Assembly (NCBI GenBank): GCA_014905635.1
Contig: JABVCE010000002.1
Span: 1-64,000 of the forward strand
Source: Scenedesmus sp. PABB004
Lineage: Eukaryota
Length of the DNA stretch: 64,000 nucleotides
Direction of reading: 5' to 3'
The translations under genes were made by a program, and so were the position numbers. Position 1 is the stretch's first letter, and the number at the start of each line of letters is the position of its first letter. The notes under the pieces are model-generated. The model worked only from the letters and a program-made list of their open reading frames with translations. It was not told the DNA's origin and made no database searches. This document shows positions 1 to 11,578 of the stretch, piece after piece.

Positions 1-383
1 CGGCCTTGGAGCCGACCGCGGCGGCGAGCGAGGCGTGCAGGCTGGTGGCGGCGTCGGCGATGGCGCTGGCGACGAGCTGCTGCGCGGCGATGGTGCGGTC
101 GCTGTCGTAGGAGGTCATGCCGCCCGTGGAGCGCCGCGCGTCGTCACCGCCGCCGGGCTTGTCAGCGGCGGCCAGGCCTGCGTGCGGGGCGGCGCGGCAC
201 GGCGAGGGGCGGGGTCAGCGGGTGCGCCTGGCGCGAGCGGCGGCGCTGCTACAGCGCAGGCGCACGCGGCAGTCGCGCTGAGGCGCGGCGCGGCAGGCCA
301 GCAGCGCGCCGGCGCTCACCTGCCAGGCTGGTGACGAGCAGCAGCGCGACCGCGGCGGAGGCGGCGAGCGTGGGGCGCGCCAT
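1..383 (-). CDS. Secreted RRLL-repeat precursor, copy A (3' part outside window)
   Basis: Exon 1 383-320, GT-AG intron 319-178, exon 2 from 177; same structure as the complete copies. Confidence 0.8.
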
Positions 384-1672
384 GCCGGTGGTGACAGTGG
401 GGCGTGAGGCCAAGCGCGATCTCTATGCGAGCTTGAGCGATCGAGGTCGAGGCGAGTGAGCAGGAGGCTGCTGGTGAGCGAGGGTGCTTGAGCTGTCTGC
501 TTGAGAGAGCTGAGTGGTGAGGCTGGCGCCCATCGCGCCCTATATGCTCCGGGAGGCCACCGAGCGGTCGCGGTAAGGGCGGGGGCAACAGGCGGGTCAC
601 CGCCGGCCCAAGCGGACCAAGGCGGTCAGCGGCGGGTCCGCTCGGACCTGATGGTCCTTGGAGAGTGCTCAAAAGAAGTTCCAGGGACCGCCGTCGCTCC
701 GCCCGCAGGCGTGAGACGGGCGCGCATCACGGGCCCGCATCACGGGCGTGCATCACGGACGGCCGGCGGGCCCAGCGGCGGCGGCCGCCGCGGCGGCAGC
801 GGGCAGCGCTGCCGCTGCGGCCGCGCGCCGCGCCGCGCGCCGCGCGGTCGGGCGGGCGGAACCGCGCTGCTGCTGCTCGGCTGGTCAGCCGGCGGCGTTA
901 CAGCGGCGACAGAACTCGGGCCGGCGCGGCGGCTGGGCGGGGCGGTGGGCGGGACGCTGCCAGCGGGGGCGGCACCACCAGTTGGCTGCAGCTGCTGCGG
1001 GGTCGAGCGGTGCTGCAACAGGCACCCGCCGCGCGGCTGGCGCGCTGGGGAACTGCGGCGGGCTGCGGCCGGCGCGCGCGCAACGTGGGCCAAGAGGCAG
1101 TTACCAGTTGGCGATCGCAGCCACCCAACCCTTGCCGCGACGCGGCTTCGCAAACCGACTGAATTCACCCCCACCCGCCGACAGCGTCACACAACTCCGC
1201 AGCAAGCAACGGCCAGCAAGCACATGGCTATGGTGCGGCCAATCCCAACGGTGCGCGGCCTGCCCCGCCCCAGCGCCATGCGCGCGCCTCTTTTGCAGAG
1301 GCTGCGGAGCGCATGCGCGCACAACAGGGGGGTCAGCACAGCGCGCGTTGTGCACAAGCGGCGGCAGGCAAGCCGAGTCAACAGCTGCACAACCCATCCT
1401 GCGCGGCACGCGGCGCCGCGCCTGCCCGTCACCGCCACGATGGCGGCGGTGAGCGGGTGCGCACCACCACACAAGTCATCCTGCTGTACACAAGCATGTG
1501 TGGGGCTCGCGACCATGTGCGCTCTACAGCCGCACCCCGGCGCGGCGGCCGAGGGGGCAAAATCAGTCAGCCAGCCAGTCAGTCAGTCAAAAAGCCAACT
1601 CAGCGCGCGCGCCCGCGCCTGCAGTCCCGGCGCGGCGCGTGCGCGTGCAATGAAAGCCCCACCGCTCTGCAC

Positions 1673-2755
1673 CTAGGGCTTGCGAGCCTGCAGGCCAGCG
1701 AGCGCAAAGTCGCTGGGCAGCGCGCTCTCCTGGGAGGCCAGGCGCGCGTACAGGAGGCCGCTGCTGGCGGCCGCCTTGGCGCTGCCGGCCTGGCCCGCCG
1801 CCTGGGGCTGCTGCCGCTCAAGGTCGGCGCTGACGGCTTGCCGGATGGCGTCCTGGGCGGCGGTCAGGCCCAGCGACGCGCGGTCGCTGCGCTCCAGCGC
1901 CGACTGCTGCAGCAGGCGCCGCGCGCCGCCGTCGACCGCCTCGGCGGCCAGGCGCGGAGCGCTCCAGCGCAGGGCGTCGACGCGCTCGGGGCTGTCGCGC
2001 CATGCGCTGTCCGGGCGCTCCGGGTCCTGCAGCAGGCGCCGCGCGCCGCCGTCGCGCACGGCCGAGTCAAACTCGCGCTGGCCCGTGCTCTCGGCGGTGG
2101 ACAGCAGCGCCGCCTTGGTGCCGACGGCCGTGGCGAGCGAGGCGTGCAGGCTGGCGGCGGCCTTGGCGATGGCGTCGCTGGTGTGCTGCAGCGCGTTGAT
2201 GGTGCGGTCGCCGGCGTCATACCAGGTGGTGCCGCCCACGGAGCGCCGCGCGCTGCCGCCGTTGCCGGGCTTGCCGCCGCCGCCGCCCTGAAGGAGGCGG
2301 CGGGCGCCACCACTGCTGCGGGCGGCCGCGTCGAGCTCGCCCAGGCCGGCGCCCTCGTCCGTTGCCAGCAGCGCGGCCTTGGAGCCGACCGCGGCGGCGA
2401 GCGAGGCGTGCAGGCTGGTGGCGGCGTCGGCGATGGCGCTGGCGACGAGCTGCTGCGCGGCGATGGTGCGGTCGCTGTCGTAGGAGGTCATGCCGCCCGT
2501 GGAGCGCCGCGCGTCGTCACCGCCGCCGGGCTTGTCAGCGGCGGCCAGGCCTGCGTGCGGGGCGGCGCGGCACGGCGAGCGGGGGGTCAGCGGGTGCGCC
2601 TGGCGCGAGCGGCGGCGCTGCTACAGCGCAGGCGCACGCGGCAGTCGCGCTGAGGCGCGGCGCGGCAGGCCAGCAGCGCGCCGGCGCTCACCTGCCAGGC
2701 TGGTGACGAGCAGCAGCGCGACCGCGGCGGAGGCGGCGAGCGTGGGGCGCGCCAT
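1673..2755 (-). CDS. Secreted 313-aa precursor with internal repeats and three GGARRLLQ motifs, copy B
   Basis: Exon 1 2755-2692 encodes MARPTLAASAAVALLLVTSLA (signal-peptide-like). Intron 2691-2551 has GTGAG, a CTGAC branch and GCAG. Exon 2 (2550-1673) continues in frame into the 272-aa ORF. Confidence 0.85.
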
Positions 2756-2910
2756 GCCGGTGGTGAGCAGTGGGCGTGAGGCCAAGCGCGATCTCTATGC
2801 GAGCTTGAGCGATCGAGGTCGAGGCGAGTGAGCAGGAGGCTGCTGGTGAGCGAGGGTGCTTGAGCTGTCTGCTTGAGAGAGCTGAGTGGTGAGGCTGGCG
2901 CCCATCGCGC

Positions 2911-2919
2911 CCTATATGC
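2911..2919 (-). promoter_or_regulatory. TATA-like element of the precursor gene (in every copy)
   Basis: Minus strand GCATATAGG about 160 nt upstream of the ATG, a rare AT patch in GC-rich DNA. Confidence 0.45.
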
Positions 2920-4050
2920 TCCGGGGGAGGCCACCGAGCGGTCGCGGTAAGGGCGGGGGCAACAGGCGGGTCACCGCCGGCCCAAGCGGACCAAGGCGGT
3001 CAGCGGCGGTCCGCTCGGACCTGATGGTCCTTGGAGAGTGCTCAAAGAAGTTCCAGGGACCGCCGTCGCTCCGCCCGCAGGCGTGAGACGGGCGCGCATC
3101 ACGGGCCCGCATCACGGGCGTGCATCACGGACGGCCGGCGGGCCCAGCGGCGGCGGCCGCCGCGGCGGCAGCGGGCAGCGCTGCCGCTGCGGCCGGCGCC
3201 GCGCCGCGCGCGCGCGCGCGCGCGGTCGGGCGGGCGGAACCGCGCTGCTGCTGCTCGGCTGGTCAGCCGGCGGCGTTACAGCGGCGACAGAACTCGGGCC
3301 CGGCGCGGCGGCTGGGCGGGGGCGGTGGGCGGGACGCTGCCAGCGGGGCGGCACCACCAGTTGGCTGCAGCTGCTGCGGGGTCGAGCGGTGCTGCAACAG
3401 GCACCGCCGCGCGGCTGGCGCGCTGGGGAACTGCGGCGGGCTGCGGCCGGCGCGCGCGCAACGTGGGCCAAGAGGCAGTTACCAGTTGGCGATCGCAGCC
3501 ACCCAACCCTTGCCGCGACGCGGCTTCGCAAACCGACTGAATTCACCCCCACCCGCCGACAGCGTCACACAACTCCGCAGCAAGCAACGGCCAGCAAGCA
3601 CATGGCTATGGTGCTGCCAATCCCAACGGTGCGCGGCCTGCCCCGCCCCAGCGCCATGCGCGCGCCTCTTTTGCAGAGGCTGCGGAGCGCATGCGCGCAC
3701 AACAGGGGGGTCAGCACAGCGCGCGTTGTGCACAAGCGGCGGCAGGCAAGCCGAGTCAACAGCTGCACAACCCATCCTGCGCGGCACGCGGCGCCGCGCC
3801 TGCCCGTCACCGCCACGATGGCGGCGGTGAGCGGGTGCGCACCACCACACAAGTCATCCTGCTGTACACAAGCATGTGTGGGGCTCGCGACCATGTGCGC
3901 TCTACAGCCGCACCCCGGCGCGGCGGCCGAGGGGGCAAAATCAGTCAGCCAGCCAGTCAGTCAGTCAAAAAGCCAACTCAGCGCGCGCGCCCGCGCCTGC
4001 AGTCCCGGCGCGGCGCGTGCGCGTGCAATGAAAGCCCCACCGCTCTGCAC

Positions 4051-5133
4051 CTAGGGCTTGCGAGCCTGCAGGCCAGCGAGCGCAAAGTCGCTGGGCAGCG
4101 CGCTCTCCTGGGAGGCCAGGCGCGCGTACAGGAGGCCGCTGCTGGCGGCCGCCTTGGCGCTGCCGGCCTGGCCCGCCGCCTGGGGCTGCTGCCGCTCAAG
4201 GTCGGCGCTGACGGCTTGCCGGATGGCGTCCTGGGCGGCGGTCAGGCCCAGCGACGCGCGGTCGCTGCGCTCCAGCGCCGACTGCTGCAGCAGGCGCCGC
4301 GCGCCGCCGTCGACCGCCTCGGCGGCCAGGCGCGGAGCGCTCCAGCGCAGGGCGTCGACGCGCTCGGGGCTGTCGCGCCATGCGCTGTCCGGGCGCTCCG
4401 GGTCCTGCAGCAGGCGCCGCGCGCCGCCGTCGCGCACGGCCGAGTCAAACTCGCGCTGGCCCGTGCTCTCGGCGGTGGACAGCAGCGCCGCCTTGGTGCC
4501 GACGGCCGTGGCGAGCGAGGCGTGCAGGCTGGCGGCGGCCTTGGCGATGGCGTCGCTGGTGTGCTGCAGCGCGTTGATGGTGCGGTCGCCGGCGTCATAC
4601 CAGGTGGTGCCGCCCACGGAGCGCCGCGCGCTGCCGCCGTTGCCGGGCTTGCCGCCGCCGCCGCCCTGAAGGAGGCGGCGGGCGCCACCACTGCTGCGGG
4701 CGGCCGCGTCGAGCTCGCCCAGGCCGGCGCCCTCGTCCGTTGCCAGCAGCGCGGCCTTGGAGCCGACCGCGGCGGCGAGCGAGGCGTGCAGGCTGGTGGC
4801 GGCGTCGGCGATGGCGCTGGCGACGAGCTGCTGCGCGGCGATGGTGCGGTCGCTGTCGTAGGAGGTCATGCCGCCCGTGGAGCGCCGCGCGTCGTCACCG
4901 CCGCCGGGCTTGTCAGCGGCGGCCAGGCCTGCGTGCGGGGCGGCGCGGCACGGCGAGCGGGGGGTCAGCGGGTGCGCCTGGCGCGAGCGGCGGCGCTGCT
5001 ACAGCGCAGGCGCACGCGGCAGTCGCGCTGAGGCGCGGCGCGGCAGGCCAGCAGCGCGCCGGCGCTCACCTGCCAGGCTGGTGACGAGCAGCAGCGCGAC
5101 CGCGGCGGAGGCGGCGAGCGTGGGGCGCGCCAT
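4051..5133 (-). CDS. Secreted RRLL-repeat precursor, copy C
   Basis: Same two-exon structure and translation as copy B. Confidence 0.85.
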
Positions 5134-6422
5134 GCCGGTGGTGAGCAGTGGGCGTGAGGCCAAGCGCGATCTCTATGCGAGCTTGAGCGATCGAGGTCGA
5201 GGCGAGTGAGCAGGAGGCTGCTGGTGAGCGAGGGTGCTTGAGCTGTCTGCTTGAGAGAGCTGAGTGGTGAGGCTGGCGCCCATCGCGCCCTATATGCTCC
5301 GGGGGAGGCCACCGAGCGGGCGCGGTAAGGGCGGGGGCAACAGGCGGGTCACCGCCGGCCCAAGCGGACCAAGGCGGTCAGCGGCGGTCCGCTCGGACCT
5401 GATGGTCCTTGGAGAGTGCTCAAAGAAGTTCCAGGGACCGCCGTCGCTCCGCCCGCAGGCGTGAGACGGGCGCGCATCACGGGCCCGCATCACGGGCGTG
5501 CATCACGGACGGCCGGCGGGCCCAGCGGCGGCGGCCGCCGCGGCGGCAGCGGGCAGCGCTGCCGCTGCGGCCGCGCGCCGCGCCGCGCGCCGCGCGGTCG
5601 GGCGGGCGGAACCGCGCTGCTGCTGCTCGGCTGGTCAGCCGGCGGCGTTACAGCGGCGACAGAACTCGGGCCCGGCGCGGCGGCTGGGCGGGGGCGGTGG
5701 GCGGGACGCTGCCAGCGGGGCGGCACCACCAGTTGGCTGCAGCTGCTGCGGGGTCGAGCGGTGCTGCAACAGGCACCGCCGCGCGGCTGGCGCGCTGGGG
5801 AACTGCGGCGGGCTGCGGCCGGCGCGCGCGCAACGTGGGCCAAGAGGCAGTTACCAGTTGGCGATCGCAGCCACCCAACCCTTGCCGCGACGCGGCTTCG
5901 CAAACCGACTGAATTCACCCCCACCCGCCGACAGCGTCACACAACTCCGCAGCAAGCAACGGCCAGCAAGCACATGGCTATGGTGCTGCCAATCCCAACG
6001 GTGCGCGGCCTGCCCCGCCCCAGCGCCATGCGCGCGCCTCTTTTGCAGAGGCTGCGGAGCGCATGCGCGCACAACAGGGGGGTCAGCACAGCGCGCGTTG
6101 TGCACAAGCGGCGGCAGGCAAGCCGAGTCAACAGCTGCACAACCCATCCTGCGCGGCACGCGGCGCCGCGCCTGCCCGTCACCGCCACGATGGCGGCGGT
6201 GAGCGGGTGCGCACCACCACACAAGTCATCCTGCTGTACACAAGCATGTGTGGGGCTCGCGACCATGTGCGCTCTACAGCCGCACCCCGGCGCGGCGGCC
6301 GAGGGGGCAAAATCAGTCAGCCAGCCAGTCAGTCAGTCAAAAAGCCAACTCAGCGCGCGCGCCCGCGCCTGCAGTCCCGGCGCGGCGCGTGCGCGTGCAA
6401 TGAAAGCCCCACCGCTCTGCAC

Positions 6423-7505
6423 CTAGGGCTTGCGAGCCTGCAGGCCAGCGAGCGCAAAGTCGCTGGGCAGCGCGCTCTCCTGGGAGGCCAGGCGCGCGTA
6501 CAGGAGGCCGCTGCTGGCGGCCGCCTTGGCGCTGCCGGCCTGGCCCGCCGCCTGGGGCTGCTGCCGCTCAAGGTCGGCGCTGACGGCTTGCCGGATGGCG
6601 TCCTGGGCGGCGGTCAGGCCCAGCGACGCGCGGTCGCTGCGCTCCAGCGCCGACTGCTGCAGCAGGCGCCGCGCGCCGCCGTCGACCGCCTCGGCGGCCA
6701 GGCGCGGAGCGCTCCAGCGCAGGGCGTCGACGCGCTCGGGGCTGTCGCGCCATGCGCTGTCCGGGCGCTCCGGGTCCTGCAGCAGGCGCCGCGCGCCGCC
6801 GTCGCGCACGGCCGAGTCAAACTCGCGCTGGCCCGTGCTCTCGGCGGTGGACAGCAGCGCCGCCTTGGTGCCGACGGCCGTGGCGAGCGAGGCGTGCAGG
6901 CTGGCGGCGGCCTTGGCGATGGCGTCGCTGGTGTGCTGCAGCGCGTTGATGGTGCGGTCGCCGGCGTCATACCAGGTGGTGCCGCCCACGGAGCGCCGCG
7001 CGCTGCCGCCGTTGCCGGGCTTGCCGCCGCCGCCGCCCTGAAGGAGGCGGCGGGCGCCACCACTGCTGCGGGCGGCCGCGTCGAGCTCGCCCAGGCCGGC
7101 GCCCTCGTCCGTTGCCAGCAGCGCGGCCTTGGAGCCGACCGCGGCGGCGAGCGAGGCGTGCAGGCTGGTGGCGGCGTCGGCGATGGCGCTGGCGACGAGC
7201 TGCTGCGCGGCGATGGTGCGGTCGCTGTCGTAGGAGGTCATGCCGCCCGTGGAGCGCCGCGCGTCGTCACCGCCGCCGGGCTTGTCAGCGGCGGCCAGGC
7301 CTGCGTGCGGGGCGGCGCGGCACGGCGAGCGGGGGGTCAGCGGGTGCGCCTGGCGCGAGCGGCGGCGCTGCTACAGCGCAGGCGCACGCGGCAGTCGCGC
7401 TGAGGCGCGGCGCGGCAGGCCAGCAGCGCGCCGGCGCTCACCTGCCAGGCTGGTGACGAGCAGCAGCGCGACCGCGGCGGAGGCGGCGAGCGTGGGGCGC
7501 GCCAT
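6423..7505 (-). CDS. Secreted RRLL-repeat precursor, copy D
   Basis: Same two-exon structure and translation as copy B. Confidence 0.85.
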
Positions 7506-8419
7506 GCCGGTGGTGAGCAGTGGGCGTGAGGCCAAGCGCGATCTCTATGCGAGCTTGAGCGATCGAGGTCGAGGCGAGTGAGCAGGAGGCTGCTGGTGAG
7601 CGAGGGTGCTTGAGCTGTCTGCTTGAGAGAGCTGAGTGGTGAGGCTGGCGCCCATCGCGCCCTATATGCTCCGGGGGAGGCCACCGAGCGGGCGCGGTAA
7701 GGGCGGGGGCAACAGGCGGGTCACCGCCGGCCCAAGCGGACCAAGGCGGTCAGCGGCGGTCCGCTCGGACCTGATGGTCCTTGGAGAGTGCTCAAAGAAG
7801 TTCCAGGGACCGCCGTCGCTCCGCCCGCAGGCGTGAGACGGGCGCACATCACGGGCCCGCATCACGGGCGTGCATCACGGACGGCCGGCGGGCCCAGCGG
7901 CGGCGGCCGCCGCGGCGGCAGCGGGCAGCGCTGCCGCTGCGGCCGCGCGCCGCGCGCCGCGCCGCGCGGTCGGGCGGGCGGGACCGCGCTGCTGCTGCTC
8001 GGCTGGTCAGCCGGCGGCGTTGCAGCGGCGACAGAACTCGGGCCCGGCACGGCGGCTGGGCGGGGGCGGTGGGCGGGACGCTGCCAGTGGGGCGGCACCA
8101 CCAGTTGGCTGCAGCTGCTGCGGGGTCGAGCGGTGCTGCAACAGGCACCGCCGCGCGGCTGGCGCGCTGGGGAACTGCGGCGACATGGCGGGCTGCGGCC
8201 GGCGCGCGCGCAACGTGGGCCAAGAGGCAGTTACCAGTTGGCGATCACAGCCACCCCTTGCCCAAATGCGACTTCAGTCCCCGATGGCGGGGGCTGCAGC
8301 GCCCCCGGGCGCCGGCGGCGGCGGTGCCTGTCGCAGCACCTCCCGCACGCCGCTGGGCCCCGCAGCAGCCGGCTGCTGCGGCACCAGCGTCCCCCCGCCC
8401 CCAGCCCCAGCTGCCGCTG

Positions 8420-9206
8420 CTACTTGCGCCCATACCTCGCCGCCAGGCCGAGCGCGCTGTGCCGTATCGTGTTGCGCCGCGCGACCATGGCCGCCGCCTT
8501 GGCGGCGTAAGCGTCGCTCCAGTCGCCGTTGAGCGGCAGCACGTCGATGAAGCGCCGTTCCTTGGCGCCCGCGGCGCCCCGCCCCGGCAGCACGACGCGC
8601 TCGCGCCGGAACGTCACGAGGCCCACGCTCTTGGAAAAGAGCGTGAAATCGGTGCCCTGCCGCGCGGCGGCGGCGGCGGCGGCGGCGGCAGCGGAGACAG
8701 TCGCGGGCGGCGGCGGCGGCCGTGGCAGCGGCACGACGATGCCGGCTCCGCGCGCGCCGCAGCCGCTGCCGGCTGCGGGCGGCGCGGCGCCGCACCATGC
8801 CGACGTTGTGCCCCGGCTGGAAGCGCGTGCCGCGCTGCTTCACCAGCACCTGCCCCGGGAACGCGAGCTGCCCGTCCGACATCTTGGTGCCCAGGTACTT
8901 TGGCTGGCTGTCCTTCTTGTTCTTGGTCGAGCCGCCCTGCTTCTTGGTGGCCCAGCGCTTGCCCAGCCACTGCGTGAACTGGTCGGGCTGCAGGGCATCG
9001 GTGGAGCCGCGCACGGCGACGCCCGCGGCAGCAGCGCCTGCGGTCGGCGGTCGGCGGCGGTCGGCGGCGGCAACGGCGCGATCGCGCGGCGGCGCTGCGG
9101 GGTCGGTGTCCGCCGGCCGCGCGCCTGCGCCGAGCTGCGCCTGGAGGCCAGAGGAGCAGCAGCGCCCGCTGCTGCTGGCCAGGGCGTGCGAGAGGGCGCG
9201 GAGCAT
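8420..9206 (-). CDS. RPL27: Organellar (probably mitochondrial) ribosomal protein bL27
   Basis: RWATKKQGGSTKNKKDSQPKYLGTK..PGQVLVKQRGTRFQPGHNVGM|GTDFTLFSKSVGLVTF; intron 8795-8657; Arg/Ser/Leu-rich presequence MLRALSHALASS. An upstream intron is likely. Confidence 0.93.
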
Positions 9207-9452
9207 GGCGCTCGTGCGTGCGTGGCGTTCGGGTCGCTCCTGGAATGGCGCGGCGGGTGTGGGCGGAAAGGCAGACCGCGGCAGCAGCAGACCCTGCTCC
9301 TGGGCCTCGGTCTTCTGGCGCCGCTAGGCCGCGCCCTTCCCGCGCCGCCCAAGTCTCAGGTTACCGGTTGGGTTAGCGCGATCCCGTGGCGACCCCAGAC
9401 CGCGCCCGCACCGCGCAGCCGGCAGGCGCATCCCCCGAGCACGCCGAGGAGC

Positions 9453-11248
9453 ATGTCTGACGAGCCCCGCCGGCCCCGCCTGCAGCTGAAGCCCCGGGAC
9501 GAGACAGCGGCCAAGCAGCTCGACCTGCAGCGCTCCGCCAGCGGCAAGGTGGGCGGGGGCGGGCTGGATCGGGCGGCCGCTCTCGACACCGCCCCGCCGC
9601 CCGCCCCGGTCGCGGCAGCCGCCCCCAGCCCGCCAGCTCCCGCCTTATCGGCCGTGCCACGCACCGCGCGTGCCGGTGGGCCTCGTCGCACGCGCAAGCG
9701 CGCCTGACGGCCCGCGCCGACGGCCGCTGCTGTTTCGCGCCGCTGCCGCCGCCGCCAGGTCAACCCCTTTGGCGATGCCAAGCCGCGCGAGCGCGTGCTC
9801 GCCTCCCGCACCGGGAAGAGCGAGACGGAGATCCTGGTCGAGGAGGTGAAGGCGGAGAAGCCCAAGGTGCGGCGTGGCGGCAGCGACGGCGGCAGCGCCG
9901 GCGGCAGCAACGGCGGCAGCGGCGCCGGCGGCGGCAGCGACGGCAGCAGCGCCAGCGCCGCCGCCCGCGCGCCGCTCCCCGGGCCGCACTCACCGCCCGC
10001 GCCGCGCGCCGCCGCCGCCCGCAGCTGCGCCTCTCGCCTGCGCAGGCGGAGGAGAAGCGTGCGGCCGAGGCGGCGATCGACGAGGTCAAGGAGCTCATCG
10101 ATGCAGAGCCGACCGAGGACGGCAAGACCGCGCTGCGCGAGGAGCTCGCGAGCCGCCAGACCAAGCTCGACGAGCTCGTGGAGGGCTTCGAGGCGCGCCG
10201 CCGCCGCCGCAGCGCCGCGCCGCGCCGCGCCGCGCCGCGCCGCGCACAGCGCGCGCCGCAGCGCCGCGCGCGGGCGCCCGGTCCGCCGGTCCGCCGCCCG
10301 AGCCGCCGCGCCGCCGCGCGGCGCCGCGCAGAAGCTCGCGTTTGAGGCGGCGCTCAAGGGCGAGATCATGCGGCCGAGCGAGCGCCGCCGGCAGCAGATG
10401 ATGCTGGAGAGCCAGGGCAGCGGCGCGGGCTACGGCACGGGCGACCCCGCCGCCGACGCGCGCGGCTACGGCGGCCACGGCGGCGGCGGCGGCGGCTACG
10501 ACAGGTGCGCAGCGGCGGCAGCGGCGCCGGCGCGCGGCGTGCGGCGGCGGCGTGCCTCGCCGCGGCGGCGCGGACCCCGACGGCCTGGGCCTCGCTGCGC
10601 GCCGCAGGGACGGCGGCCGCGGCGGCGGCGGCTACGGCGGCGGCGGCGGCGGCGGCGGCTACGGCGGCGGCGGCGGCGGCGGCGGTGAGCGGGCGTGCGC
10701 GCGCGTGCGCGCGCGGCCCCGCGCCGCGCCGGCGCCGCTCGCGCGCGACGGCCGTGCGCGCGCGCGCTCACGCGGCCGCGGCTCGGCGCAGGCTACGACC
10801 GCCCGCGCGGCTTCAGCGACTACCGGGAGCGCGGCAGCATGGACGAGGGCCGCCGCCGCGGTGGCGGCGGCGGCGGCGGCGGCGGCTTTGGCGGCGGCGC
10901 GGGGTACAGCGAGCCGCGCGAGTACCGCGGCCCCTCGGACTACCACAACGAGGAGACCTTTGGCGCCGGCGCGGCGGGGTGCGGCGCGCGGCCGGCGCCC
11001 TGCGCGCAGCGCGCGGCGCGCGCCCGGCGCCCAGCGCCCGCGCCCCGCGCGCCCCGCGCCGCGCGCTCCGCGCCGCGCTGACGCGCCCGCGCCCGCGCAG
11101 CTACGGCCGCGACCGGCCGCGCGGCGGCGGCGGCGGCGGCCGCGGCGGCGGCGGCGGGCGCGGCGGGCGCTACGGCACTGGCAGCTTCGAGGACGACTTT
11201 GGCGGCTACGCCGGCGGCCCGGGCGACGCGCCGCAGGACCGCTACTGA
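9453..11248 (+). CDS. Plant-type eIF4B-like / RGG-rich RNA-binding protein (about 7 exons)
   Basis: RPRLQLKPR and NPFGDAKPRE motifs typical of plant eIF4B, a coiled coil, then a DRYG/RGG-rich tail. GC-AG intron 10193-10331. Confidence 0.7.
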
Positions 11249-11578
11249 CGCGCCTGCTGCGGCAGCGCTGAAGCGCCGGCTGGGGGCGGGGCGTCCGACG
11301 GAGGGGTGCGGGCGGCGTCGGCGTGGGAGGGGCGGCCGGCGGGTGCTGATCGCCGCGTGTGGGGCAGGGGACGGGACTCTGGGCCGGGCGCATCTGTTTT
11401 TGGCTGCGGCGGCTGTGAACGTAAAAACGCGCGAGCGACGGCGTTCGAACTTGCCGCCAGCGCCGAGCAGCGCGCCCCAGTCGGCGCACAAACCCGCCCG
11501 CCCCCCCGCCCGCGTTTTCGGAACCTCCCGAAATAACGTTGCCGCGCTCGGCGGGCGTGCATCGCGGTGGTGGGCGCG

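Larger units (their letters stand above)
1..8262. repeat. Head-to-tail tandem array of a ~2.37-kb gene-containing unit (about 3.5 units visible, open to the left)
   Basis: Equivalent ATGs at 383, 2755, 5133, 7505 (spacings 2372, 2378, 2372). Identical 272-aa ORF in three copies. Similarity stops near 8262 (gccaccc..cttgcc). Confidence 0.97.

Noticed and set aside
1313..2653. 446-aa plus-strand ORF in each array unit
   Set aside because: Antisense to the precursor gene, which has the signal peptide, splice sites and repeat structure.
1..8262. Array as transposon, rDNA or CRISPR
   Set aside because: No transposase/RT motifs, terminal repeats, rRNA-like sequence or repeat-spacer pattern.
9370..9376. 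GGGTTAG as a telo-box
   Set aside because: Only a partial 7-nt match; not distinguishable from chance.
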